DNA of 40,521 bases from a candidate division WOR-3 bacterium. GTDB lineage: Bacteria; Hydrothermota; Tepidihabitantia; Tepidihabitantales; Tepidihabitantaceae. Numbering within the stretch: the stretch's first letter is position 1; each line of letters begins with the position of its first letter. Shown piece after piece: positions 17,293 to 25,749 of the stretch. The stretch spans positions 1-40,521 of the forward strand of contig CBFGKH010000012.1 in assembly GCA_965649295.1 (NCBI GenBank). The letters are read 5' to 3'. Both the position numbers and the translations under genes were made by a program. The notes under the pieces were generated by a model. That model was not told the origin of the DNA. It saw only the letters and a list, made by a program, of their open reading frames with translations, and made no database searches.

Positions 17293-18618
17293 GTGCGCTT
17301 CAAACTCGCCTACGGTACGACAACCCAACCGCTGCTGGTGCCCGAACGCAACCTTCTTGCCGTGATTGAACCACTTGACCCTGGCCCGGCGCCGGATGCC
17401 GCTAGTGCCATCGAACAGGCTGCGGCTAAGTGCCAGCAGTTTCTTGGCAGTGCTCGCCGCGTCCTCGTGCTCGTCAACGACTACACCCGTCCCACACCCA
17501 ACTCACCGATTCTGGCTGCGCTGCAACCCGTGCTCAGTGACCGCAGTGTCAGCTATCTTGTCTGCTCTGGAACCCACCGTCCGCCCAGCGAGCGAGAATA
17601 CGAGGCCATCTTTGGCCCGACGTTCTGGGCCGAGCACCGTCACCAGGTCCGCAGCCACGATTGCTACAACCGAACTGGTCTCTACTTCCTCGGCCGCACC
17701 CGATTCGGCACCGATGTCTGGCTAAACAAGGCCGTCGCCCAGGCCGATGCGGTCATCACCATCAACTCCATCGAACCACACTATTTTGCCGGCTACACCG
17801 GTGGCCGCAAAGGATTCCTGCCTGGTGTTGCTGGACTGGAGACAATCAGCCACAACCACAACATGGTTACTCACCCGGCAGCGCTGCCCTTCAGCCTGGC
17901 TGGCAACCCAGTGCACGAGGATATGACCGAGGCTGCCCAGATGGTCACCACTCCGGTCTTCTCGATTCAGGTTGTCCAGGACCGTCATCACCGCGTCTTT
18001 GGTATCCACGCTGGTGACCTCTTCGAATCGTTCCGCACTGCCAGTGCTGCTGCCTACCGGCTCTTTGCCGTACCGGTGAGTGCGCAAGCTGACATTATCA
18101 TCAGTGTTCTCCGGCCGCCCTACGACATCAACTTCTACCAGGCACAGCGGGCAGTTGAGTTCTGCCGGGCCTGCCTCAAAAATCCCTCGATTCAGATAAC
18201 CGTCTCTCCTTGCCGCGACGGCATCGGCAACGACGGATTCATCCAATGCTTCCGCAACTGCCAGACACCGGCTGACCTGCTTCGAACTGCCGTAACAGAA
18301 CAGGTGCTAGAGACAGCAAGGCACCAATCCGACTCCCTACGAACAAGTACCCCTTCGTGTCTTAGTGGCTGTAGTGATAAGGAATCCTCTCCTCACCTCG
18401 CCTTTGGCTGGCACAAGTCTGCCCGACTGGCTCAGATTATGGCAACAACCGAACTCTACACCGTGATGGGCATTGACAGTGCCGTTGTCCGCTCGGTCTT
18501 CATGACGCCTTTCCCCACAGTCCAGCAGGCTCTGGACGCCGCACTAGCGAAGCTCGGGCCCGAAGCGACAGTAATTGTCATCCCTGACGCCGGTTCGGTG
18601 GTACCGGTACTCACCTGA
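17293..18618 (+). CDS. larA: Nickel-pincer (NPN)-dependent lactate racemase family protein
   Basis: VRFKLAYG start (GTG 17293), NDYTRPTP, GTHR, EPHYFAGYTGGRK, HNH, GNPVHEDM, DINFYQA and C.DG.G. Substrate cannot be assigned. Confidence 0.85.
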   Translation: MRFKLAYGTTTQPLLVPERNLLAVIEPLDPGPAPDAASAIEQAAAKCQQFLGSARRVLVLVNDYTRPTPNSPILAALQPVLSDRSVSYLVCSGTHRPPSEREYEAIFGPTFWAEHRHQVRSHDCYNRTGLYFLGRTRFGTDVWLNKAVAQADAVITINSIEPHYFAGYTGGRKGFLPGVAGLETISHNHNMVTHPAALPFSLAGNPVHEDMTEAAQMVTTPVFSIQVVQDRHHRVFGIHAGDLFESFRTASAAAYRLFAVPVSAQADIIISVLRPPYDINFYQAQRAVEFCRACLKNPSIQITVSPCRDGIGNDGFIQCFRNCQTPADLLRTAVTEQVLETARHQSDSLRTSTPSCLSGCSDKESSPHLAFGWHKSARLAQIMATTELYTVMGIDSAVVRSVFMTPFPTVQQALDAALAKLGPEATVIVIPDAGSVVPVLT

Positions 18619-18696
18619 ATTCGCTGGCCGTTGGTCGGCGCGCAATCGCCGCAACCAAGACCCACACAACGGTCTTCACCTGCCTGGACAACAAGC

Positions 18697-18996
18697 TAAC
18701 CCGAAACGCCGACGCTGGCTAGTCCGCAGACCGAACCAGCAGCCCAAGCCATCATACCTAGCCTAGCAACGTTCTAAACAGAACGAGTAGCACCGCCGAT
18801 ACCAGCCTGGCAAGCCTCAGCACCAGCAACGAGACTGACAATAATGCTGAGATAGCCGCAGACATGCTGTAGGGTATGGCCACAAGCTGCTTGGCCAGGA
18901 ACCTGAATCACTTACTGGCCAACCTCTACCGAAAGAGTCTGGGGAACCATCCCGGGGACAGCCCACTGGATGGGGTTACCAGCATAGCCGTCAGGA
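18697..18996. repeat. Highly degenerate 12-bp-period tandem array (~25 units ending R-R-C-A)
   Basis: Cut into 12-mers from 18721 (23 units counted): position 9 is purine in 21/23, position 10 purine in 22/23, position 11 C in 16/23 (never A), position 12 A in 15/23. Confidence 0.65.
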
Positions 18997-19210
18997 CGTA
19001 ACCAGCAGAACTACAAACGGTTGCAATAATGCAAGCACACGTTCAGACACCTAACTTTGATCTCTCGCGGCAAGGCCCGGGATTCTCTGCACCAAACGGC
19101 CTTATCTTGCGTATAACCTAATGTCCGGGTAGCACGGACGAACAAGGCAGTTATCCGACTGAGTCTGTTTCCTGCCCACTGACCAGGGCAGCTGACAGTG
19201 TTGCGATTCC

Positions 19211-19239
19211 TTGACTCCTGTCTAGCCCAGGCCTACCAT
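19211..19239 (+). promoter_or_regulatory. Candidate sigma70 promoter (leaderless) of the small membrane protein
   Basis: TTGACT-17-TACCAT-5 nt-ATG 19245. Confidence 0.6.
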
Positions 19240-19244
19240 CGTTC

Positions 19245-19637
19245 ATGAAACCACGTGGTATTGTCGGTGCCGTTCTTGGCAGTCTGCTTCTGCTCTTTGG
19301 CCTCTTGATACTAATCGGCTCACGTCAGCTTGGTGGTATCATCCCAACCCTCATCGGCGCAACACTCGTCTATCTTGGATTCCGGCCTGGCCGACATTCA
19401 CTGGCCCTGTTCGGCCATGCCTGCATCGCCACCGGCTGCATGCTGGTGGCGTGGGGCATCTACCTGCTGCCCTACTCACCACCCACGTTTGCGACTATCT
19501 TCACCCGACCGCTGTTCTGGGGTCTCTTCTCAATCCTCGGCGGAGTCTGCGCCAACTACCATGCTTTCTGTAACTGTGTCCGGCGCCACGAACCAGCCAC
19601 CTGCCACCAGCCTGGCCCTAGCAGGCCGCAGTCCTAG
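19245..19637 (+). CDS. Hypothetical small membrane protein (~4 TM)
   Basis: 130 aa with four hydrophobic segments and a C-terminal H.FC.C. It has its own promoter candidate. Confidence 0.7.
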   Translation: MKPRGIVGAVLGSLLLLFGLLILIGSRQLGGIIPTLIGATLVYLGFRPGRHSLALFGHACIATGCMLVAWGIYLLPYSPPTFATIFTRPLFWGLFSILGGVCANYHAFCNCVRRHEPATCHQPGPSRPQS

Positions 19638-19701
19638 ACTTCTATCTTGATAGTCCGCACCCTGCTCCCCTTGGTGCGACTATTGTCTTTGGGCCAAACC
19701 C

Positions 19702-22287
19702 CTAGTTGTCACCCAACTGCCGTCGTAGTTCAACCAGCAGGCTGAAGGCTTGGAGCGGCGAGAGCTCATCGGGATTGACTTCAAGCAACCGCTTCAACAC
19801 CGGATGCATTTCCAGCGGCCTGTCCGCAGCCAGAGCAATGTCCGGTTCAGACGGACCAAGCCGCGCGATTGACACCCGCTCTCCACTCTCGAATCCAGCC
19901 AGAACCTCTTCGGCGCGTTTGATTACCGACATTGGCAGCCCGGCCAGCCTGGCCACCGCAATCCCATAGCTTTTGTCAGCAGCTCCCGGTCTGAGCTTGC
20001 GCAAGAAGAGCACAGTGTCGCGCTGCTCCTTCACCGCGAAAGAAAAGTTGCGAGCCCGCGGCAGCAATGTTGTGATATCGGTCAACTCATGATAGTGGGT
20101 AGCAAACAGCGTCTTGGGCCGCAGCTTGTCGCCGTGTAGATACTCAACCGCCGCCCACGCCAGTGCCAGACCATCATTGGTAGAGGTCCCTCGACCGACT
20201 TCGTCGAGAATGACCAAACTGCGGGTCGTGGCATTGTTAAGGATATTGGCGGTCTCGGTCATCTCCGCAAGAAAAGTCGAGACTCCGCGCGAGAGGTCAT
20301 CAGATGCACCGATGCGAGTGAATATCTTATCGACGATACCGATGCGGGCCCGCTTTGCTGGCACAAACGAACCGAGCTGAGCCATAATGACGATCAGCGC
20401 GACTTGCCGCAGATAAGTGGACTTACCGGCCATGTTCGGTCCGGTGATAATTGCTAGTTGACAATCTTCCGTATCAAGCCGGGTGTCGTTGGCGATAAAC
20501 TGGCCACCAAGCATCGTCTCGACAACCGGATGACGACCGGCCTCAATCTCGAGTACCGTCGAATCGTCAACCAGCGGCCGAACGTAGTCATGCTCGCTGG
20601 CGGCCTGGGCCAGACTCGCCAGCGCATCGAGCTCGGCCAGCAAACCGGAAAGATCCAGCATCCGCGGCACTTCCCGACCGATTCGCCGTCGCAGCTCAAC
20701 CAGCAGTTCAAACTCAAGCCGCTTGCTCCGTTCCTCGGCATGCAGCACGCGAGTCTCGTACTCTTTCAGCTCCGGTGTGATAAACCGCTCCGCGCCGACC
20801 ACGGTTTGCTTGCGAAGATAGTGTTTCGGCACTAGATGCAGATTCGACTTGGTGACCTCAATGTAGTAGCCAAACACCGAGTTGAAACGGACGCGCAGAT
20901 TGGCAATGCCGGTCCGCTGCCGCTCGGTCTCCTGCAGCTCAGCAATGTAGGCCTTGCCATTGGCTGCCAGCGAACGGAGCTCGTCCAGTTCGGCGCTGGC
21001 TCCGGCTCGAATCAGGCCACCGTCAGTCAGCGAGAGTGGCGGGTCATCGACCAGCGTTCGACTGATGTCGCTGACGACCGCATCGAAATCCTCAATACCA
21101 TCGCCAATCCGCCGCAAGATTGCCGATCGGCAGTTACTCAGCCGACTCTTGATTCGCGGCGCAGCTCCCAGCCAGTTGCGCAGGGCAATAATCTCCCGGC
21201 CATTCGCCCGTTCCAGTGCAACCCGACTTGCCACTCGTTCGATATCACCGATACTGGCAAGGTCTGCTTGCAGTTCAGCCAGTAGCCCGGTAGGGCCGAG
21301 AAGCTCGCTAATCGCGTCCTGGCGCTCGACTATCTTCTGCACATCAAGCAACGGTGCCAGTAACCAGCGCCGCAGTAGTCGAGCTCCGGCTGGCGTCCTG
21401 GTTCGGTCTAACACTCCCAGCAAAGTCAGTTGCGCACCGGTCTTGCCATCATCGTGCTGGACCCGTTCGACGAGCTCCAGGTTGCGCCGCGACACCCTGT
21501 CAACAAGCAGGCAGTCAGCCGCAAAATAGGCGGCTATTTTGCGAACGTGACCAAGCGCTGCCTTCTGGGTCTCTTCTAGATAGTGGAGCACCGCGCCGGC
21601 CGCACCAATTCCTTCGGTCATGTGCGCCACGCCGAACCCCTCCAGCCCGGCCACACCAAAATGACTCGTCAGCTTGTCAAACGAATACTCCTCAGTGAAG
21701 TAGTAGTCATCAAGCTTTGTCAGATGTAACCGCTGAGGCAGAATCTCGGCTGTCCAGGTTTGCGGCACCAGCACCTCGGCCGGTTCAACCTTCTGAATCT
21801 CCTCAACCAGGCCGGTAGCATCAGTCTCCCCAATGCTGAACTCGCCGGTCGAGACATCACAGAAGGCTATCCCGTATTTCCCGGCTGCTGGCGCCACGGC
21901 CAGCAAATAGTTGCTCCGGGCTGGTTCGAGCAGATTCGGCGCAGTCACTGTTCCGGGCGTGACGACCTCGACGACCTCGCGCCTAACAACCGGCTTGCCC
22001 TTCTGTGGCAGTTCGAGCTGATCGCAGACCGCCACTTTGAAGCCCTGCGCCACCAACCGGCCGATGTAGGTATCAACTGCCTTGGCTGGGACCCCGGCCA
22101 GGGGCACACGATGGTCCGGCCCGTGTGGCCGCGATGTCAGCACCAACCCCAGTGCCTTGGCACCAACTGCGGCATCCTCGTAGAACATCTCGTAGAAATC
22201 ACCCACCCGGAAAAGCAGCAACACACCCGGATGCTGCTCCTTGATGCGACGATACTGGGCGAGTAGTGGTGTAAGCTTCTCAGCCAT
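19702..22287 (-). CDS. mutS: DNA mismatch repair protein MutS
   Basis: TP...QY, LFRVGDFYEMFYEDA, GYYIEV, ITGPNMAGKSTYLRQ, STFLAEM, DEVGRGTST, FATHYHEL and SYGIAVARLAGLP. Confidence 0.97.
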   Translation of the reverse strand: MAEKLTPLLAQYRRIKEQHPGVLLLFRVGDFYEMFYEDAAVGAKALGLVLTSRPHGPDHRVPLAGVPAKAVDTYIGRLVAQGFKVAVCDQLELPQKGKPVVRREVVEVVTPGTVTAPNLLEPARSNYLLAVAPAAGKYGIAFCDVSTGEFSIGETDATGLVEEIQKVEPAEVLVPQTWTAEILPQRLHLTKLDDYYFTEEYSFDKLTSHFGVAGLEGFGVAHMTEGIGAAGAVLHYLEETQKAALGHVRKIAAYFAADCLLVDRVSRRNLELVERVQHDDGKTGAQLTLLGVLDRTRTPAGARLLRRWLLAPLLDVQKIVERQDAISELLGPTGLLAELQADLASIGDIERVASRVALERANGREIIALRNWLGAAPRIKSRLSNCRSAILRRIGDGIEDFDAVVSDISRTLVDDPPLSLTDGGLIRAGASAELDELRSLAANGKAYIAELQETERQRTGIANLRVRFNSVFGYYIEVTKSNLHLVPKHYLRKQTVVGAERFITPELKEYETRVLHAEERSKRLEFELLVELRRRIGREVPRMLDLSGLLAELDALASLAQAASEHDYVRPLVDDSTVLEIEAGRHPVVETMLGGQFIANDTRLDTEDCQLAIITGPNMAGKSTYLRQVALIVIMAQLGSFVPAKRARIGIVDKIFTRIGASDDLSRGVSTFLAEMTETANILNNATTRSLVILDEVGRGTSTNDGLALAWAAVEYLHGDKLRPKTLFATHYHELTDITTLLPRARNFSFAVKEQRDTVLFLRKLRPGAADKSYGIAVARLAGLPMSVIKRAEEVLAGFESGERVSIARLGPSEPDIALAADRPLEMHPVLKRLLEVNPDELSPLQAFSLLVELRRQLGDN

Positions 22288-22392
22288 CAGCAGGAAGACG
22301 CTGCAGCCTCACGTCACCGTCTCTAGGCCGCCGACCGCTATTGTACCGGCTCAAGCCCCATCATCCTGCGAAACTCTGCGTATTTCTCTTGG

Positions 22393-23424
22393 CTAGGCAG
22401 CGTTGCTCAATTTGGTAATAACCTCACCAAGGATTCGGCGGGCCCGAGCAACGTCGCCTTTGTCAATGTAGAGCGCCGCCAGTGCCAACCGGGCCAGCAA
22501 GTTGGCGTCTTGGGCCCCGCCGCTACGTTCAAGCAAACGCAAGGCAGCCGGCAGGTCCTCCTTCTTTTGGTATATCTCGGCCAGCGCCACCGCCAGACCG
22601 GCATCATCTGGTACTCGTCGCAGCAACTGCTCATACAGTCTGGCCACATCTTCGAACCGACCCGCCTCATAATAGGCCCGCTCAAGCCGGTCACGTACCA
22701 GTCGGTTCTGCTCCGGTGCGATACTGACAACCTCGCCCCAGGTGCGGATGGCCCCCTCACTGTCACCCTGAGCCAGTTGCAGGTCACCGAGGGCCACCCG
22801 TGCCTCCAGTTGCCGTGGGTCGAGTTTGATGGCTTCTTCCAACCAGACTCGGGCCTGGTCTGGCTCCAGCTTAGCCCGGGCCCGGCCAAACAGGGTGTAG
22901 AGTCGAGCCGCTGTCTGCCGCTGCGCTGGATTGCGGCCGATCTCCCGCAACAGACCTTCAGCCTTCTCCCACGCGCCGGTCTCAACGTAGAGCTCAAGTA
23001 GTCGCTCGCGACTGGCCATGTCCTGCTTGTCCATATGAACTAGCTCTTCAAGAATGGCAATCGCCTTCACCTTACGATCGGTTCGGGTATAGTCGCGCAC
23101 CAGAGTCTGATAGACCCGACGTTCGTCCGCTGGTGCCAGATTGCGCCGCAACGCGAGGTTCTCATGAATCCGTAGCGCCCGCTCGACGTCGCCCTTCTGC
23201 ATGAACAGGTCACCAAGCCGGATGTAGGCATCAACATTGTCGGTATCACTATTGACCGCGTCCTTCAGCCGGGCAATCGCTTCATCGATCCGGCCATCAA
23301 TCATCAGCCGCAGACCCTCAACATAATCAGGAACCGCCTGCCGCCGCTGGCGCAGAAAGTCGCGCACAACCGGGTACAGCGCGACCGCCAGTACCGCGAG
23401 CACGACGATGACCAGCCAGGTCAT
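22393..23424 (-). CDS. TPR protein with an N-terminal TM anchor, LapB/YciM-like
   Basis: TM, then DYVEGL..., AYIRLGDLF..KGDVERALRIHENL (LapB-like) and TPR helices. It directly follows a LapA-like gene. Confidence 0.75.
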   Translation of the reverse strand: MTWLVIVVLAVLAVALYPVVRDFLRQRRQAVPDYVEGLRLMIDGRIDEAIARLKDAVNSDTDNVDAYIRLGDLFMQKGDVERALRIHENLALRRNLAPADERRVYQTLVRDYTRTDRKVKAIAILEELVHMDKQDMASRERLLELYVETGAWEKAEGLLREIGRNPAQRQTAARLYTLFGRARAKLEPDQARVWLEEAIKLDPRQLEARVALGDLQLAQGDSEGAIRTWGEVVSIAPEQNRLVRDRLERAYYEAGRFEDVARLYEQLLRRVPDDAGLAVALAEIYQKKEDLPAALRLLERSGGAQDANLLARLALAALYIDKGDVARARRILGEVITKLSNAA

Positions 23425-23753
23425 GATGCCTCCCTCGCCGACTTGCTCGCACTCTCAGCGGTGCCGTTCTCCAGCGGTGCGTTGCGGAGCTGACGCAGCT
23501 CCTCCATCAGCCCCTCCCGCTCCTTACGCTCACGATAGAGCCGGGTGCGCAACTGCACCTCAGAAACGAGTGTAAAAATGCCGACGCAAAGTGCGCCGAA
23601 GGCAAAGGAGTAGAGCATGATAAACGCCACCGGCACGTCATAGTAGGTACGGTTGAAGACAACAGCTGTGGCCGTGTTCTGTGAGTTCAACAGCGCCAGC
23701 ACCAGCACCACCACAAACGCCAACAAAATGAGAATCACCCGTAGTATAACCAT
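23421..23753 (-). CDS. LapA (DUF1049)-family membrane protein
   Basis: 110 aa with two TM helices, ALLN...V and VP motifs and a basic coiled-coil tail. ATGA overlap with the TPR gene. Confidence 0.75.
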   Translation of the reverse strand: MVILRVILILLAFVVVLVLALLNSQNTATAVVFNRTYYDVPVAFIMLYSFAFGALCVGIFTLVSEVQLRTRLYRERKEREGLMEELRQLRNAPLENGTAESASKSAREAS

Positions 23754-23763
23754 TGTTTCCTCC

Positions 23764-25083
23764 CTAGCCGGCCGCCGTGACCGCTACCTGACACTCAGCC
23801 ACTGGGGTCCAGCCTTTGACGTGCGTCACCCGGCATTTGACCAGTGCGCCGGGCACTACCCGACCATTGACAATCACCGGCTTGCCGCCACGCGTCCGAC
23901 CCAACCAGCCGTGGCCGCGCCGGCTCGGCTCCTCAATCAGCACTTGGTAATCCTGGCCGACCATTTGCCGATTCCGCTCCCGCGTAACCCTATTCTGCAC
24001 CTCAATCAGCCGGGCCAACCGGCTTCCTGCCTCCGCCTCAGGCACCCGCGGCTCGATTTGCGCCGCCTGAGTGCCGGGCCGTTCTGAGTAACGATACATG
24101 TAAGCCGAATCAAACCGCAGCTCCTGCACCAAGTCGAGCGTTGCGGCGAAATCATCTTTTGTCTCAGTTGGGAATCCAACGATGATATCAGTCGAAAGGA
24201 CAAGCTCCGGGAGCCGACTGCGAACCGCCTGCACTTTCGCGACATACTCTGCCCGGGTGTAACCGCGGTTCATCAGCCTGAGAATTCGATCCGAACCCGA
24301 TTGTAACGGTAAGTGCAGTCCCGGACAGACACTACCCAGCCGTTCCATTGCCGCAATCACCCGCTCATCAAAGTCACGCGGATGCGAGGTAAGAAAACGA
24401 ATGCGCGTCGAACCGGCGATCCTGTCCACCGCCTCCAGCAGCGCCACAAAGTCGTGACCGGCATCACTGTAGGCCAGCACATTCTGACCGAGCAGCGTGA
24501 TATCCTTCACCCCGCTCTCAATCAGTGCAGCGACCTCGGCTAGTACGCGACCAATCGGTCGCGAGCGCGCCCGACCCTTAACCAACGGGACGATGCAGTA
24601 TGAGCAGTTGTTGTCGCAGCCGCGCATGATCGTGACAAAGGCAGTCTGCCGCCGGTCCGGCCAGGGCTGAATCTCATCGTAACACTCGTTGCCGAGTTCG
24701 GTGCAGACCAGCCCCTGCTCGCCAGCCTGCAGCCGGTTCAGCAAACCCGGCAGTTGCCGATAACAATCCGGGCCGACAACGAGGTCAACCAACTCATTAG
24801 TCACCAGTTCACGGCCGTAACGCTGGGCCATGCAACCCAGCACGCCAATCAGCCGTCCCGGCCGGGCTGCCCGCAGCCAGCGCAACGTGCCCAGCCGTCC
24901 CAGCGCCCTAGCCTCAGCATGGCTACGCACCGAACAGGTCATCAGCAACAACACGTCGGCTTCGTCCGCAACCTTGGTCTCTACCAACCCGGCGTCAGCC
25001 AGAATCCGCCGAACCACGCCGGCTTCATACACATTCATCTGACAACCGTAGGTCTGAAGGTAGAATCTAGTCAACTGTCTCAT
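23764..25083 (-). CDS. miaB: tRNA-2-methylthio-N6-isopentenyl-A37 methylthiotransferase
   Basis: TYGCQMN, TCSVR, GCMAQ, radical-SAM GCDNNCSYCIVP, LLGQNV, RFLTSHP, HLPLQSGS, STDIIVGFP, YSERPGT.A and a TRAM tail. Confidence 0.93.
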   Translation of the reverse strand: MRQLTRFYLQTYGCQMNVYEAGVVRRILADAGLVETKVADEADVLLLMTCSVRSHAEARALGRLGTLRWLRAARPGRLIGVLGCMAQRYGRELVTNELVDLVVGPDCYRQLPGLLNRLQAGEQGLVCTELGNECYDEIQPWPDRRQTAFVTIMRGCDNNCSYCIVPLVKGRARSRPIGRVLAEVAALIESGVKDITLLGQNVLAYSDAGHDFVALLEAVDRIAGSTRIRFLTSHPRDFDERVIAAMERLGSVCPGLHLPLQSGSDRILRLMNRGYTRAEYVAKVQAVRSRLPELVLSTDIIVGFPTETKDDFAATLDLVQELRFDSAYMYRYSERPGTQAAQIEPRVPEAEAGSRLARLIEVQNRVTRERNRQMVGQDYQVLIEEPSRRGHGWLGRTRGGKPVIVNGRVVPGALVKCRVTHVKGWTPVAECQVAVTAAG

Positions 25084-25198
25084 TCTACGCGGACTGCGGC
25101 GAAGTCAAGCCTGATGATTCAACACCGAGACTAGCACCCTCAGGACACCAAGCGAACAAGGGTTCCCCACACCCATAGCGAATGCCGGCTCCGTGGGC

Positions 25199-25226
25199 TT
25201 GACTTTCGCCTGTATCCTGCTATCCT
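25199..25226 (+). promoter_or_regulatory. Candidate sigma70 promoter of the lipoprotein gene
   Basis: TTGACT-16-TATCCT with a TG just upstream of the -10, then AAGGA before ATG 25252. Confidence 0.5.
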
Positions 25227-25251
25227 CCACCCTGGCACCAAGGAAGCTTCA

Positions 25252-25734
25252 ATGACTAGAAAACTGCTCCTGATGCTGACCTGCTGCCTGCTCACCTTGG
25301 ACCCGGCCTGTGGCCGCAAGTCCGAGGCACCACAGCCGGTACGCCGACCAGCAGACTTCAGTAATCTTGCGAACCAAGCCCAGCGCCAGCCACTTCAGCC
25401 CGGGCTCTGGATTCTCGAACCGTCTGATGGTGCCAGTGTCCCCTACCGTCCAATATTCGCTGGGACGATCTCCGACACAACAATCGAAGCTGTCTGGCTC
25501 GTAGTACGGGCTGTCGGCATGCCCGACTACTGGATTCAACCACCCGCACCGGTGCGTGACGACGGCGTTTGGGTCTGTCAGCCCTACATTGGCCTTAGTA
25601 ACACTCAAGCTGGGGTCAAGTTTGAAGTAAGGGCCGTGGCCGGACCCCAGAACCCGCTGGCCCCTGGCCAGAAACTTGGGACCTGGCCCAAGGGCCGCTA
25701 CCAGTCCAACATTGTTGTTGTTGCCCGCGAGTAA
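25252..25734 (+). CDS. Hypothetical exported protein, possibly a lipoprotein (beta-rich domain)
   Basis: MTRKLLLMLTCCLLTLDPAC-GRK signal-like N-terminus; WLVVR, YWIQP, DG.W and FEVRAV. It has a promoter and SD candidate. Confidence 0.7.
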   Translation: MTRKLLLMLTCCLLTLDPACGRKSEAPQPVRRPADFSNLANQAQRQPLQPGLWILEPSDGASVPYRPIFAGTISDTTIEAVWLVVRAVGMPDYWIQPPAPVRDDGVWVCQPYIGLSNTQAGVKFEVRAVAGPQNPLAPGQKLGTWPKGRYQSNIVVVARE

Positions 25735-25749
25735 CGTTCTGCTGACTGC

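Noticed and set aside
18619..19244. Possible CRISPR array or structured RNA gene in the long spacer
   Set aside because: There are no identical 23-47 bp repeats, no cas genes, and no tRNA, tmRNA or RNase P hallmarks that I could recognise. Only the 12-bp phasing is supported.
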